A DNA stretch of 25,871 nt from a virus. Taxonomy: Duplodnaviria; Caudoviricetes. The stretch covers positions 1 to 25,871 of the IMG/VR virus record IMGVR_UViG_3300027798_000198; one strand, written 5' to 3'. Shown piece after piece: positions 8,428 to 16,587 of this stretch; the stretch's first letter is position 1; every line of letters starts with the position of its first letter. The notes under the pieces are model-generated. The model made no database searches. It was not told where the DNA came from and saw nothing but the letters and a program-made list of their open reading frames with translations. The position numbers and the translations under genes are program-made.

Positions 8428-9692
8428 TGCCAGGTACTCCAGTTCTTGGTGTTTCGATAGATTTCCAAAACGGCCCCGCCTTTGGCAATCCCCTTCTGCT
8501 CGATGATCCAACTACTCCGCTTGGCATTGGTATTTTAGCCGATGCACCTGGCGATGTAGTTGATGTTTCAGATATTGCCTTGCAAGTAAATATTCGCCGA
8601 GGCAGAAACCGCATTCTTAATAAATTTGAGGCTGGTGCTGCAACTGTAATTTTGGCAGATAACAATGGTGATTGGTCGCCCGCTAACACATCCTCTCCCT
8701 ATTATGGCAAATTACTACCACTGCGCAAGATTCGTGTGTTTGCAGATTATGATGATGGTGGCGGAACTGATCGCTACTATCTTTACTCTGGTTATATTAC
8801 CGCCTACAACAGCACCTATGGTTTAGGTATAGATGAAACCTCTAAGATTACCTTGCAATGTGTTGATGGTTTTAGATTGCTAAATAGTATTGGCATTAGC
8901 ACTGTTGCTGGCGCTGGCTCACCTCAATTAAGTGGCGATAGAATTAATACATTGCTTGATGTTGTAAATTGGCCAGAATCTCAGCGTGATGTAAATTCTG
9001 GCAATAGTTTGCTTCAAAGTGATCCTGGCACATCTAATAGAGATTTGCTTACAGCGATTCAATTGGTCGAAAGTTCAGAGTTTGGCGGATTTTTTATTGA
9101 CGCCGAAGGCAACGCAACATTTTTATCTAGGGATACAATTAGTAAAAAGGCAGATGAAACTCCAACAGTATTTGCCGATGATGGTTCTGCAATTACCTAT
9201 CAACAAATTGAGTTTGCCAACGATGATACTTTGTTGGTAAATGATGTAACAGTTACTCGCCTAAATGGAACTAGCCAAAATGTTTTTGATCAAACCTCGA
9301 TAGATACCTACTTTCTACACTCTGGCAAGCGTGATGGAATCCTAGTTCAAACCGATGCTGAGGCTTTAGATCAGGCTCAAACTCTATTAGTAGCCCGAAA
9401 AGATACAACTGATCGTATAGATTCAATGACTATAAATCTCCTAGATTCCTCAGCACCTACCAAAATTGTGGCTGGGTTAAGTCTTGAAATCTTTGATCTA
9501 GTTAATGTTACAAAAACTGTTCCAGGTGGTTCAATCATTACTAAGGAACTATTTGTTCAAGGCGTTCAGCACGATATAACTAACACAATGTTCACTACAA
9601 AAATACTAACCGCAGAACCTCTAATTCAGGCGTTTATCCTTGATAGCACCACCGATCAAGGCCGCTTGGGTTCTGGTATCTTAAGTTACTGA
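8427..9692 (+). CDS. Minor tail protein (distal tail/hub)
   Basis: Follows the tape measure gene with TAATG overlap. IRRGRNR, GGFFIDAEGNATF, NDVTVTR. Confidence 0.7.
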   Translation: MPGTPVLGVSIDFQNGPAFGNPLLLDDPTTPLGIGILADAPGDVVDVSDIALQVNIRRGRNRILNKFEAGAATVILADNNGDWSPANTSSPYYGKLLPLRKIRVFADYDDGGGTDRYYLYSGYITAYNSTYGLGIDETSKITLQCVDGFRLLNSIGISTVAGAGSPQLSGDRINTLLDVVNWPESQRDVNSGNSLLQSDPGTSNRDLLTAIQLVESSEFGGFFIDAEGNATFLSRDTISKKADETPTVFADDGSAITYQQIEFANDDTLLVNDVTVTRLNGTSQNVFDQTSIDTYFLHSGKRDGILVQTDAEALDQAQTLLVARKDTTDRIDSMTINLLDSSAPTKIVAGLSLEIFDLVNVTKTVPGGSIITKELFVQGVQHDITNTMFTTKILTAEPLIQAFILDSTTDQGRLGSGILSY

Positions 9693-9705
9693 CTAAGGAG
9701 CAATA

Positions 9706-10605
9706 ATGTCGAAGCAAACCTTCACCACTGGGCAGGTATTGACCGCAGCCCAAATGACTAGCCTACAACAGACGGCAATGTTAGGCGGCGCAGCAAGTGC
9801 AAAAGTTGCATCTTATGTATTAGTTGCCGCTGATGCTGGCGATGCAATAACAATGAGCAATGCTGGTGCAACAACAATTACTGTTAATACAGGATTATTT
9901 GCAACAGGCGATATTGTAACCATCATTAATCTTGGCGCTGGAGCAACAACTATTACTGCTGGTACTGCAACAGTTGCAACATCAGGATCATTAGTTTTGG
10001 CAACAAATCAAGGTGGAGTTTTACGATTTACTAGCCCTAGTGCTGCTATCTTTTTCCAATTTGCAACACCAGCCTCTGGAGATATTGAAGGCGTAACTGC
10101 TGGAACTGGTATTTCAGGTGGTGGAACATCTGGAACTGTTACTATCACAAACTCTATGGCAACCGCAATAGATGCCAAGGGTGATCTTGTTGTAGGTACT
10201 GGAGACGATACCTTCAGTAAACTCACAGTGGGGGCAAACGGCACCACACTCGTAGCGGATAGTGCGGAAGCAACTGGACTTAAATATGTGGCTGGAGTTT
10301 CACTAACCCTTAATGCCCAAACTGCTGCCTATACCTTAGTTGCTGGAGATGCTTTTAAATTAGTAACTGTTAGCGATACTGTTTCAAGAACTGTAACAGT
10401 TCCACCTTCAGTTTTTACAACTGGTCAAGTAATTAATGTTCAACGCATTGGCACTGGTGCAGTTCCATTTGCTCAAGGTGCTGGCGTAACTATCACCTCA
10501 ACTGGTGCTACTGCATCTGCTCCAACTTTAAGAGCGCAGTACTCTGCTGCCTCAATTGTCTGCACTGGTTCAAATACTTTTACAATTCTAGGAGATATAT
10601 CTTAA
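9706..10605 (+). CDS. Tail fibre protein with an internally duplicated domain
   Basis: FTTGQVLTAAQM start, G/T/A-rich. Two related units (SYVLVAADAGDAITM... and AYTLVAGDAFKLVTV...) joined by IDAKGDLVVGTG...LVADSAEATGLKY. Confidence 0.75.
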   Translation: MSKQTFTTGQVLTAAQMTSLQQTAMLGGAASAKVASYVLVAADAGDAITMSNAGATTITVNTGLFATGDIVTIINLGAGATTITAGTATVATSGSLVLATNQGGVLRFTSPSAAIFFQFATPASGDIEGVTAGTGISGGGTSGTVTITNSMATAIDAKGDLVVGTGDDTFSKLTVGANGTTLVADSAEATGLKYVAGVSLTLNAQTAAYTLVAGDAFKLVTVSDTVSRTVTVPPSVFTTGQVINVQRIGTGAVPFAQGAGVTITSTGATASAPTLRAQYSAASIVCTGSNTFTILGDIS

Positions 10606-11390
10606 TGACTTTATTAGGAATTGTTGCTAGTCAAAATTATCCAAGAACAGTTTCACCACCAGTTTCGGGCTTTTCATTTTGGTTAGATGCTGATGATGCA
10701 ACAAGTTTTACTTTTAGTTCAAGTAATGTTGTAAGTGCTTGGGCTGATAAAAGTGGTAATGGAAATAATGCAACACAAGCCACAGTTGCAAATCAACCAA
10801 CAAAAGAATCCTCTGTTTTAAATGGCAAGCCTGGTGTAAGGTTTAGTGCAAATGCTGATAAATGTTTAGGATTAGGAACTCAAATTGGCGGCACAACTCA
10901 AACAACTTTTATGGTTATCAATACGCCAAGCGGTTGGACAAACTCAACTGGCGGTTTTGCAATGATATTTAGTAGCAATGCTTTGGGAGTTCCAGGTAAT
11001 AGCGGCCTTGTTGGCGGAAGTTGGACAGGTGGTTTCGCAAATGAAAGAATTTTATGGTACACACAAAGTAGTGGCAATCAAAGTATAGGTATTGCTCAAA
11101 ATGGTTCAAATATAAGTTCAGGCGGTCATATTTTATCTATTGATCACACAGCAACAGGAAGCAGAGATATAAAATTAGATAATGTATCACAATCAGTTAC
11201 AAGTTCTGGTAATTGGTCTAATTCTCTCTACCCTGGAAATTACGACAGGATTGGTAATTATGATGTTACTGGTGGCGGTTCAGGATTTATTGGTGATATT
11301 TGTGAAGTTATTTTGTATCCAAGTCAATTATCATCAGGAGATATAACATTAGTATATGACTATTTAAAAACAAAGTGGGGTACTCCGTAA
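10605..11390 (+). CDS. Putative receptor-binding/tail-tip protein, LamG/concanavalin A-like
   Basis: FWLDADD...VSAWADKSGNGNNATQ...NGKPGVRF...FIGDICEVILY...YLKTKWG pattern. Confidence 0.7.
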   Translation: MTLLGIVASQNYPRTVSPPVSGFSFWLDADDATSFTFSSSNVVSAWADKSGNGNNATQATVANQPTKESSVLNGKPGVRFSANADKCLGLGTQIGGTTQTTFMVINTPSGWTNSTGGFAMIFSSNALGVPGNSGLVGGSWTGGFANERILWYTQSSGNQSIGIAQNGSNISSGGHILSIDHTATGSRDIKLDNVSQSVTSSGNWSNSLYPGNYDRIGNYDVTGGGSGFIGDICEVILYPSQLSSGDITLVYDYLKTKWGTP

Positions 11391-11644
11391 TGTGGGCAAG
11401 ATTTGAAACGCTTGAAGCGTTTAATATATGGCACGCACAAATTAAAGAGCAATTAGGTATTCCATTACCTGATGGTATTTCAACAGAATATACAAATGCA
11501 CAATTAACACCTGATGGCAGTTATTCCGCTTGGGTTGAGCCTAAATATTTTGATGGCTTGATTGAAGGGTTACAGCCAATATCAAAAAGATTACAACAAA
11601 GCACAATCTTTCAGGATTTACAGGCTCTAGGCCTTCAAGCATAA
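11390..11644 (+). CDS. Hypothetical protein (possible tail fibre chaperone)
   Basis: TAATG coupling at 11390, 84 aa, follows the LamG-like gene. Confidence 0.6.
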   Translation: MWARFETLEAFNIWHAQIKEQLGIPLPDGISTEYTNAQLTPDGSYSAWVEPKYFDGLIEGLQPISKRLQQSTIFQDLQALGLQA

Positions 11645-11662
11645 TCCCTCAAAATTATGCTT
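11599..11662. repeat. Imperfect 20-bp direct repeat; second copy is part of a 9-bp inverted repeat with an 8-bp spacer
   Basis: AAGCACAATCTTTCAGGATT 11599-11618 vs AAGCATAATCCCTCAAAATT 11637-11656 (15 of 20). AAGCATAAT-CCCTCAAA-ATTATGCTT 11637-11662. Confidence 0.6.
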
Positions 11663-11734
11663 TACGATTTCCCAGATATAACAAAAAGCATCGATGATGC
11701 CGTCGATGCTATTGAGGATTCGGGGCTTATTTAA
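11657..11734 (+). CDS. Possible 25-aa acidic peptide
   Basis: MLYDFPDITKSIDDAVDAIEDSGLI fills the gap. No clear RBS. Contains hairpin AGCATCGATG/CGTCGATGCT. Confidence 0.35.
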   Translation: MLYDFPDITKSIDDAVDAIEDSGLI

Positions 11735-11742
11735 GGAGAGAT

Positions 11743-11997
11743 GTGCCAATAAGTTCAAGCCAAACAACAGTTACTACTGCCGCAACTTTATTAGTAGCAG
11801 GAGATGCTCAGGCTGAGGAAGTTCACTTTCATTCATCATCAGGCATAATTTATTTAGGTGATAGCAATGTAACTTCATCAACTGGATACAGAATGGATAA
11901 TGGCGACAAAGCAGTTTTTGCTAATCACGAAAACGCAATATATGGCATTACTTCAACAGGTACCGCATTAATGAGTGTGTTGGTAATTACCAAATGA
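11743..11997 (+). CDS. Small hypothetical, probably virion-associated beta protein
   Basis: AAGGAG RBS, GTG start, TTVTTAATLL...IYLGDSNVTSSTGY. Confidence 0.65.
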   Translation: MPISSSQTTVTTAATLLVAGDAQAEEVHFHSSSGIIYLGDSNVTSSTGYRMDNGDKAVFANHENAIYGITSTGTALMSVLVITK

Positions 11998-12209
11998 CCG
12001 CTAACGAATGGGCTTCAATCGCTGTTGCGGTTGGAACCTTAACTGGATTTTTAGTTGCAGGTGTAAGATTTTTAGTTAAGAGTTATCTTTCCGAACTTAA
12101 ACCCAATGGTGGAAACTCGGTTCGAGATCGCATTGATAGTATAACCTGCCAAGTTGATCGGCTAGAGGCCAGAATAGATGAAATTTACAGATTGTTAGTT
12201 AAAAAATAA
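11994..12209 (+). CDS. Membrane protein, one TM helix plus coiled coil (lysis cassette)
   Basis: WASIAVAVGTLTGFLVAGVRFLV then ELKPNGGNSVRDRID. Directly upstream of the endolysin. Confidence 0.7.
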   Translation: MTANEWASIAVAVGTLTGFLVAGVRFLVKSYLSELKPNGGNSVRDRIDSITCQVDRLEARIDEIYRLLVKK

Positions 12210-12219
12210 AAGGGGTGTT

Positions 12220-12678
12220 ATGAGCAAAGTAGTTGAGATAGCCAAAGCACAAATTGGCTATAAAGAGAGTGGCAACAACAATACTATTTTTGGTAAATGG
12301 TATGGCGCTAATAATCAACCTTGGTGCGCTACCTTTGTTTCCTGGTGTTTTAATGAGGCTGGTTTAATATCTAATATTGCAGCACAAAGTAAAAAAGGAT
12401 TTGCCTCTTGCGATGCTGGCCTTAAATGGTTTGCTAAAAAAAACAAAGTAATTCCAATAGGTCAGGCTCAGGCTGGAGATATTGTATTTTTCCAGTTTGA
12501 TGATGATGCTCAACCTGATCATGTCGGAATCGTAAAATGGAACAATACTGCGCTAAAATACCTGCAAGTTATCGAAGGTAATACCTCAAGTGGTAGTGTA
12601 GGAAGCCAATCAAATGGAGATGGTGTGTATCTTAGGAAACGCTCCTACTCCCTGATAATGGGCGTAGTTCGCCCTTAA
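12220..12678 (+). CDS. Endolysin, CHAP-family amidase/peptidase
   Basis: PWCATFVSW (Cys), AGDIVFF, DHVGIV (His), IEGNT. Confidence 0.88.
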   Translation: MSKVVEIAKAQIGYKESGNNNTIFGKWYGANNQPWCATFVSWCFNEAGLISNIAAQSKKGFASCDAGLKWFAKKNKVIPIGQAQAGDIVFFQFDDDAQPDHVGIVKWNNTALKYLQVIEGNTSSGSVGSQSNGDGVYLRKRSYSLIMGVVRP

Positions 12679-12687
12679 AGGATAAAA

Positions 12688-12900
12688 ATGAAAAAGTTAA
12701 TCGCTAAATTAAAAGACCCTAAAACAATTTCTGCTTTTAAATCTTATGCAAGAGCAGTTCTAGCATCAGCGGTAACAATGGGAATTGCACTGGCTGCTGA
12801 TCTTGCTCCTCAATATGCAATTTTAATTGGTTCAATCGCTGGCCCAGCCGCTAAGTGGGCAGATAAAACAGAGCAAGAATACGGCCTAGGCTCTAAGTAA
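12688..12900 (+). CDS. Putative holin
   Basis: 70 aa, two hydrophobic segments, basic N-terminus, follows the endolysin. Confidence 0.65.
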   Translation: MKKLIAKLKDPKTISAFKSYARAVLASAVTMGIALAADLAPQYAILIGSIAGPAAKWADKTEQEYGLGSK

Positions 12901-12904
12901 ATAA

Positions 12905-13171
12905 ATGAATCGGGGGAAAATTTTAGATGAAGCCAAGAGGCTTACTCACACCGACAGGCAAGATGATTATGGAACGCCTGCTATTAACTTTAATCGTATC
13001 AGCAGGCTTCTATCTGCTTATCTTGATTGCGAGATAACACCAGAGCAAGGCGCTATGATTTGCGCACTAATCAAGGTGGCAAGATCAATGGAAACCTATA
13101 AGGCTGATAATTACATTGATGGCGCTGCTTATTTTGCGATAGCGGGGGAGTTAGCAAATGGTAAAGAGTGA
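12905..13171 (+). CDS. DUF6378-like phage protein
   Basis: ILDEAKRL..DRQDDYG.P..NF.RI, IKVAR, DNYIDGAAYFAIAGE. Confidence 0.75.
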   Translation: MNRGKILDEAKRLTHTDRQDDYGTPAINFNRISRLLSAYLDCEITPEQGAMICALIKVARSMETYKADNYIDGAAYFAIAGELANGKE

Positions 13172-13832
13172 TCTAGTAGTTTTAATTCCAACTCGCGGGC
13201 GGCCAGATAATGCCATTGCCTTAGAGCAGGCTTTTGTAGAAACAAATACAAAGGCTGCAAGATTTTACATAGTAGATTTTAATGATGAAACTCGAAATGA
13301 GTATTCCTGGAAACTGCCAGTTGAATCTGTAATTATGATTCATAATGAAACTGGTGGGATGGCTTACCCATTAAATTACATAGCCCGCCAATTTATAGGC
13401 GAGTTTGATAACTTTGCATTTATGGGTGATGATCACCGCCCAAGAACTGCTAACTGGGATGAAAAGTTTGTCGAGGAACTTTATACAGGCTCAGATATTG
13501 TTTATGGCAACGATCTATTCCAAGGCTCAGCGCTACCAACTGCGGTAGCGATGTCTGCTCAAATAGTTGAGCATCTGCGAGGAATGGTTCCTGATACTCA
13601 GCGCCATTTATACTTAGATAACTTTTGGTTAAAACTAGGGCAAGATTTAGGCAAGATTAAATACCTACCTGATGTAATCATTGAGCATTGCCACGCCTTC
13701 AATGGCAAGGCGCCAATGGATGATAATTACGCCAGGGTAAATGCTCCTGAAGTTTACTCAGCCGATAAGGTTGCCTTTGATGCTTATATGGCTGGTGCAG
13801 AGTATCAAGATTTATTGGCAAAATTAAAATGA
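13158..13832 (+). CDS. Glycosyltransferase, GT2-like
   Basis: VVLIPTRGRP, FAFMGDDH, IVYGND, HLYLDN, IIEHCH. Confidence 0.8.
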   Translation: MVKSDLVVLIPTRGRPDNAIALEQAFVETNTKAARFYIVDFNDETRNEYSWKLPVESVIMIHNETGGMAYPLNYIARQFIGEFDNFAFMGDDHRPRTANWDEKFVEELYTGSDIVYGNDLFQGSALPTAVAMSAQIVEHLRGMVPDTQRHLYLDNFWLKLGQDLGKIKYLPDVIIEHCHAFNGKAPMDDNYARVNAPEVYSADKVAFDAYMAGAEYQDLLAKLK

Positions 13833-14419
13833 AAATAAATGATCTTTTTGATGCAGTAATTGTAGTTAATTTGGATAGACGCCCTGATAGGTTAAAAGGT
13901 ATAACACATCAATTAAGCAAATTACAAATAACTTGGCATAAATGGCCAGCCATTGATAATTTAAATACAGATATGAGCCCAATATTCTGCAATACAATGA
14001 ATTGGCTTAATAGGCTTTTTTATTCTCAATATAAAGAATATAAAAGTGTTTTATTTTTAGATGATGATTGTGAGTTTGTGGATAATTTTTATGAAAAACT
14101 AGAACAAGTTTGGCCTGAAATTCCTGATGATTGGGATACAGTAAGTTTTGGTGATCATTTAATCAAATCAACTAAAATTACTGATAAAATTTACAAAATA
14201 GATGAATCTTATGGCGGCCATGCCACAGCATTGAAAATTAATTGCATTCCTACTATTTTTACTGGATTAACTGGTAAAAATTTTGGGGATATTGAAATGA
14301 ACTCATTAAGTAATAAATTAAATAGATATGCAATTGAACCTGGATTAATAGGGCAGGGTCGTTATGAATCAGATTTAGTTGGCGGTATTAGGCCTAATAT
14401 TTACAATTTGTGGCAATAA
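13829..14419 (+). CDS. Glycosyltransferase family 25-like
   Basis: VVNLDRRPDRL, VLFLDDDCEF, PDDWD, GGHA. Markedly AT-rich. Confidence 0.8.
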   Translation: MKINDLFDAVIVVNLDRRPDRLKGITHQLSKLQITWHKWPAIDNLNTDMSPIFCNTMNWLNRLFYSQYKEYKSVLFLDDDCEFVDNFYEKLEQVWPEIPDDWDTVSFGDHLIKSTKITDKIYKIDESYGGHATALKINCIPTIFTGLTGKNFGDIEMNSLSNKLNRYAIEPGLIGQGRYESDLVGGIRPNIYNLWQ

Positions 14420-15282
14420 TGAAAATTCTAATTACAGGCGATGAAGGATTTGTAGGTAGAGCCTTTCATAGAGCGCTAGATACAAAGAATAATGAAGTAG
14501 TTGGCTTTGATATTAAATCAGGCATTGATGCTCGCAAATTCTTTGCAGCCGATAACACTTACTTTGATGTTGTAATCCACTTAGCCGCCGTTGTCGGTGG
14601 CAGAGCCACCATTGAAGGTAATCCTTTGGCAGTTGCCACTGACCTGGCGATTGATTCTGACCTATTCCAATGGGCGCTTAGAACCCGCCCTGGGCGAATA
14701 GTTTATTTCTCATCCTCTGCTGCTTATCCAATTATGTTGCAGCGAGCAAGATTTAAAGCAAGATTATCTGAGCAAGATATAAATTTAGAACACATTAGAA
14801 CTCCTGATCAAACTTATGGTTGGAGTAAATTAACTGGTGAGATGCTGGCGCAGTACGCCAGAGATGAAGGCTTAAAGGTAACAATCCTTCGCCCATTTTC
14901 AGGATACGGCGCAGATCAATCTTTAGATTATCCATTCCCATCATTTATTGCTAGGGCTAAGGCGAAAGCATCACCATTTAAAATATGGGGATCAGGTCAG
15001 CAAGTAAGAGATTTTGTACATATTGACGATGTAGTTCAAGCAACTTTTGCAGCCATTCTTAATGGCGTTGAAGTTATGAATATCTGCTCTGGTAGGGCAA
15101 CCTCTTTTATTGATTTAGCAGAAATGATGATGTTATCTGCTGGATATTTAGCACCAATCCAAACTGATATAACTGCGCCAGTTGGCGTTGAGTATCGTGT
15201 TGGTAACCCAAGATTTATGAATATGATTTATGAACCAAAGATTTCCTTAGAGCAGGGTATAGCGCAAGCGCTAGCCCAATAA
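14419..15282 (+). CDS. NAD-dependent nucleotide-sugar epimerase/dehydratase (extended SDR)
   Basis: MKILITGDEGFVG, VIHLAA, FSSSAAY, YGWSK (YxxxK), LRPFSGYG, RDFVHIDD. TAATG coupling. Confidence 0.9.
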   Translation: MKILITGDEGFVGRAFHRALDTKNNEVVGFDIKSGIDARKFFAADNTYFDVVIHLAAVVGGRATIEGNPLAVATDLAIDSDLFQWALRTRPGRIVYFSSSAAYPIMLQRARFKARLSEQDINLEHIRTPDQTYGWSKLTGEMLAQYARDEGLKVTILRPFSGYGADQSLDYPFPSFIARAKAKASPFKIWGSGQQVRDFVHIDDVVQATFAAILNGVEVMNICSGRATSFIDLAEMMMLSAGYLAPIQTDITAPVGVEYRVGNPRFMNMIYEPKISLEQGIAQALAQ

Positions 15283-15333
15283 AAAATCCCTACCTCGCCA
15301 GCCGTCGGCGGAGGTAGGGATTTTTTTCTTTTT
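15281..15333. terminator. Bidirectional rho-independent terminator
   Basis: AAAAAATCCCTACCTC 15281-15296 / GAGGTAGGGATTTTTT 15311-15326 with A and T tracts, between convergent genes. Confidence 0.9.
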
Positions 15334-15335
15334 AA

Positions 15336-15566
15336 TTATGCTTTTATTAATTCACCTTTGATGCCTGCAAGTTTTGGGTAATATCCAAAATCAATATCAT
15401 TTTGAATATGTGTAACAACTTGCCCTGCGGTGTCGTACCACTTATCCATTGCGTGATTAGTGTTGGTAACTTCGCCATCTTTAAGTATTTGATAACTCAT
15501 ATCATCATTTACTTTTATTGCAAATGAACCATCTTTACTGATCCATTCTTTTATTACTCTAGCCAT
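15336..15566 (-). CDS. Hypothetical protein (76 aa)
   Basis: MARVIKEWISKDGS... preceded by the repeated leader AAAAGGAAGGCACCAAATG. Confidence 0.75.
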   Translation of the reverse strand: MARVIKEWISKDGSFAIKVNDDMSYQILKDGEVTNTNHAMDKWYDTAGQVVTHIQNDIDFGYYPKLAGIKGELIKA

Positions 15567-15608
15567 TTGGTGCCTTCCTTTTCTATTGAGGAGTTTCCTC
15601 AATTCTAT

Positions 15609-15836
15609 TTAGTTACTTGCCTGCCAAGTATAATGGTGTGCATCCCATTTGTGCGCTTCTACTTCTCTTTGTACGCAAGCCTTAATTGCTCCACCAGTTC
15701 TTGATTCCCAACCGCAAGAACATTTAACATCCCAAGCATTATGTTGAAAACCTTTATTGTTACGCATTTTTGAACCATCGTGCAAAATTGCAAACCATTG
15801 AATCTTTACTGTTTCTGTTGTTGGTACTAACTTCAT
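15609..15836 (-). CDS. Hypothetical protein (75 aa) with CSCG...H putative Zn site
   Basis: MKLVPTTETVK...WDVKCSCGWES...EAHKWDAH. Leader AAAGGGAGGCACCAAATG. Confidence 0.75.
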   Translation of the reverse strand: MKLVPTTETVKIQWFAILHDGSKMRNNKGFQHNAWDVKCSCGWESRTGGAIKACVQREVEAHKWDAHHYTWQASN

Positions 15837-15879
15837 TTGGTGCCTCCCTTTATTTGGAACCTTTTGTTCCGATGGCATA

Positions 15880-15938
15880 AGTGTATAGGCGATTGTCTAT
15901 ACACGCAAATCTAGTCCAATAAATCTTTCGGCGTGTCG
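15880..15938 (-). promoter_or_regulatory. Sigma70/SigA-type promoter with overlapping palindromic operator and upstream CGACACGC box
   Basis: TTGCGT (15908-15903), 17 bp, TACACT (15885-15880). Inverted repeat GTGTATAG/CTATACAC 15881-15904. GCGTGTCG 15931-15938. Confidence 0.75.
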
Positions 15939-16144
15939 ATCTTGGCAAAAGCCCGCTTAGCCTGGCTCTGGTAGCCCAGATTAAGCGCCCAGGATGGCAC
16001 TGGCCGCAGCGGGCGCTGGCGGCTGAGGCAGGCAATGCCCAAGGCCACCCAACCTCCCATAAAGCCCAGGATTGCCCAAGGCAGGGGCCGCCTGCCCTTG
16101 CCGACGGCCACTATCGCCGTTAATACTGCCCAAAGGATTCTCAT
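15911..16144 (-). CDS. Small membrane protein (77 aa), GC-rich gene
   Basis: MRILWAVLTAIVAVGKGRRPLPWAILGFMGGWVALGIACL, two hydrophobic segments. ATGA overlap with the RHH gene. Confidence 0.65.
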   Translation of the reverse strand: MRILWAVLTAIVAVGKGRRPLPWAILGFMGGWVALGIACLSRQRPLRPVPSWALNLGYQSQAKRAFAKIDTPKDLLD

Positions 16145-16272
16145 TTGATGTAATCCTTTAAACAATCATTGATTACCTCAGAGGCGGTTTTGCCCTCCGC
16201 TGCTGCCTTGATTCTTACCTTATTCCAAATTGCATCTGCAATTCTTACTGATCGTTGCGGTTTCGTGGCCAT
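16141..16272 (-). CDS. Ribbon-helix-helix (Arc/CopG-like) DNA-binding protein, 43 aa
   Basis: MATKPQRSVRIADAIWNKVRIKAAAEGKTASEVINDCLKDYIK: beta strand RSVRI plus helix-G-x-T/S-helix. AGGAG RBS. Not in the ORF track. Confidence 0.8.
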   Translation of the reverse strand: MATKPQRSVRIADAIWNKVRIKAAAEGKTASEVINDCLKDYIK

Positions 16273-16439
16273 TATTCTCCTGTTAGTGTTTTTAGATGCG
16301 GATTTAAAACTTTCATACTTACATAGATAGCCCTAGCCATTTCATCAGGATCGCTGCTATTGCTAGCAGTAATTAGAACCTCAGCCGATGCCAGCATATC
16401 CATTTGCATTTCTGTAAATAATGCTTTCATTGCGCCCAT
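16272..16439 (-). CDS. Hypothetical protein (55 aa)
   Basis: MGAMKALFTEMQMDML...KTLTGE, GGAGGTG RBS, TAATG coupling to the RHH gene. Confidence 0.7.
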   Translation of the reverse strand: MGAMKALFTEMQMDMLASAEVLITASNSSDPDEMARAIYVSMKVLNPHLKTLTGE

Positions 16440-16443
16440 TGTT

Positions 16444-16587
16444 TCACCTCCCTTTCATCATAATATTGGAATGTAAAACATCGCACTTCGGGCAGACTAA
16501 GCATTGGAACTGCTCGCCATTATCGTATTGATACCAGCGGCGAACTAAGTTGCCGTTAGGGTTTTCACACATTTGGCAGTTTTTCAT
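16444..16587 (-). CDS. Small Zn-finger protein (47 aa)
   Basis: MKNCQMCE...CLVCPKCD, AAGGAAGGT RBS. Confidence 0.7.
   Translation of the reverse strand: MKNCQMCENPNGNLVRRWYQYDNGEQFQCLVCPKCDVLHSNIMMKGR

Noticed and set aside
11637-11662. Xer dif site
   Set aside because: Shares GCATAA...TTATG with E. coli dif, but the central spacer is 10 bp rather than 6 and the outer arms do not match.
12910-12917. Second TCGGGGGA matching the 2576-2583 loop
   Set aside because: Lies within codons 2-5 of the DUF6378-like gene, 10 kb away. Chance is sufficient.
14077-14085. Perfect DnaA box in the GT25 gene
   Set aside because: Isolated, in an AT-rich coding region, with no origin-like context.
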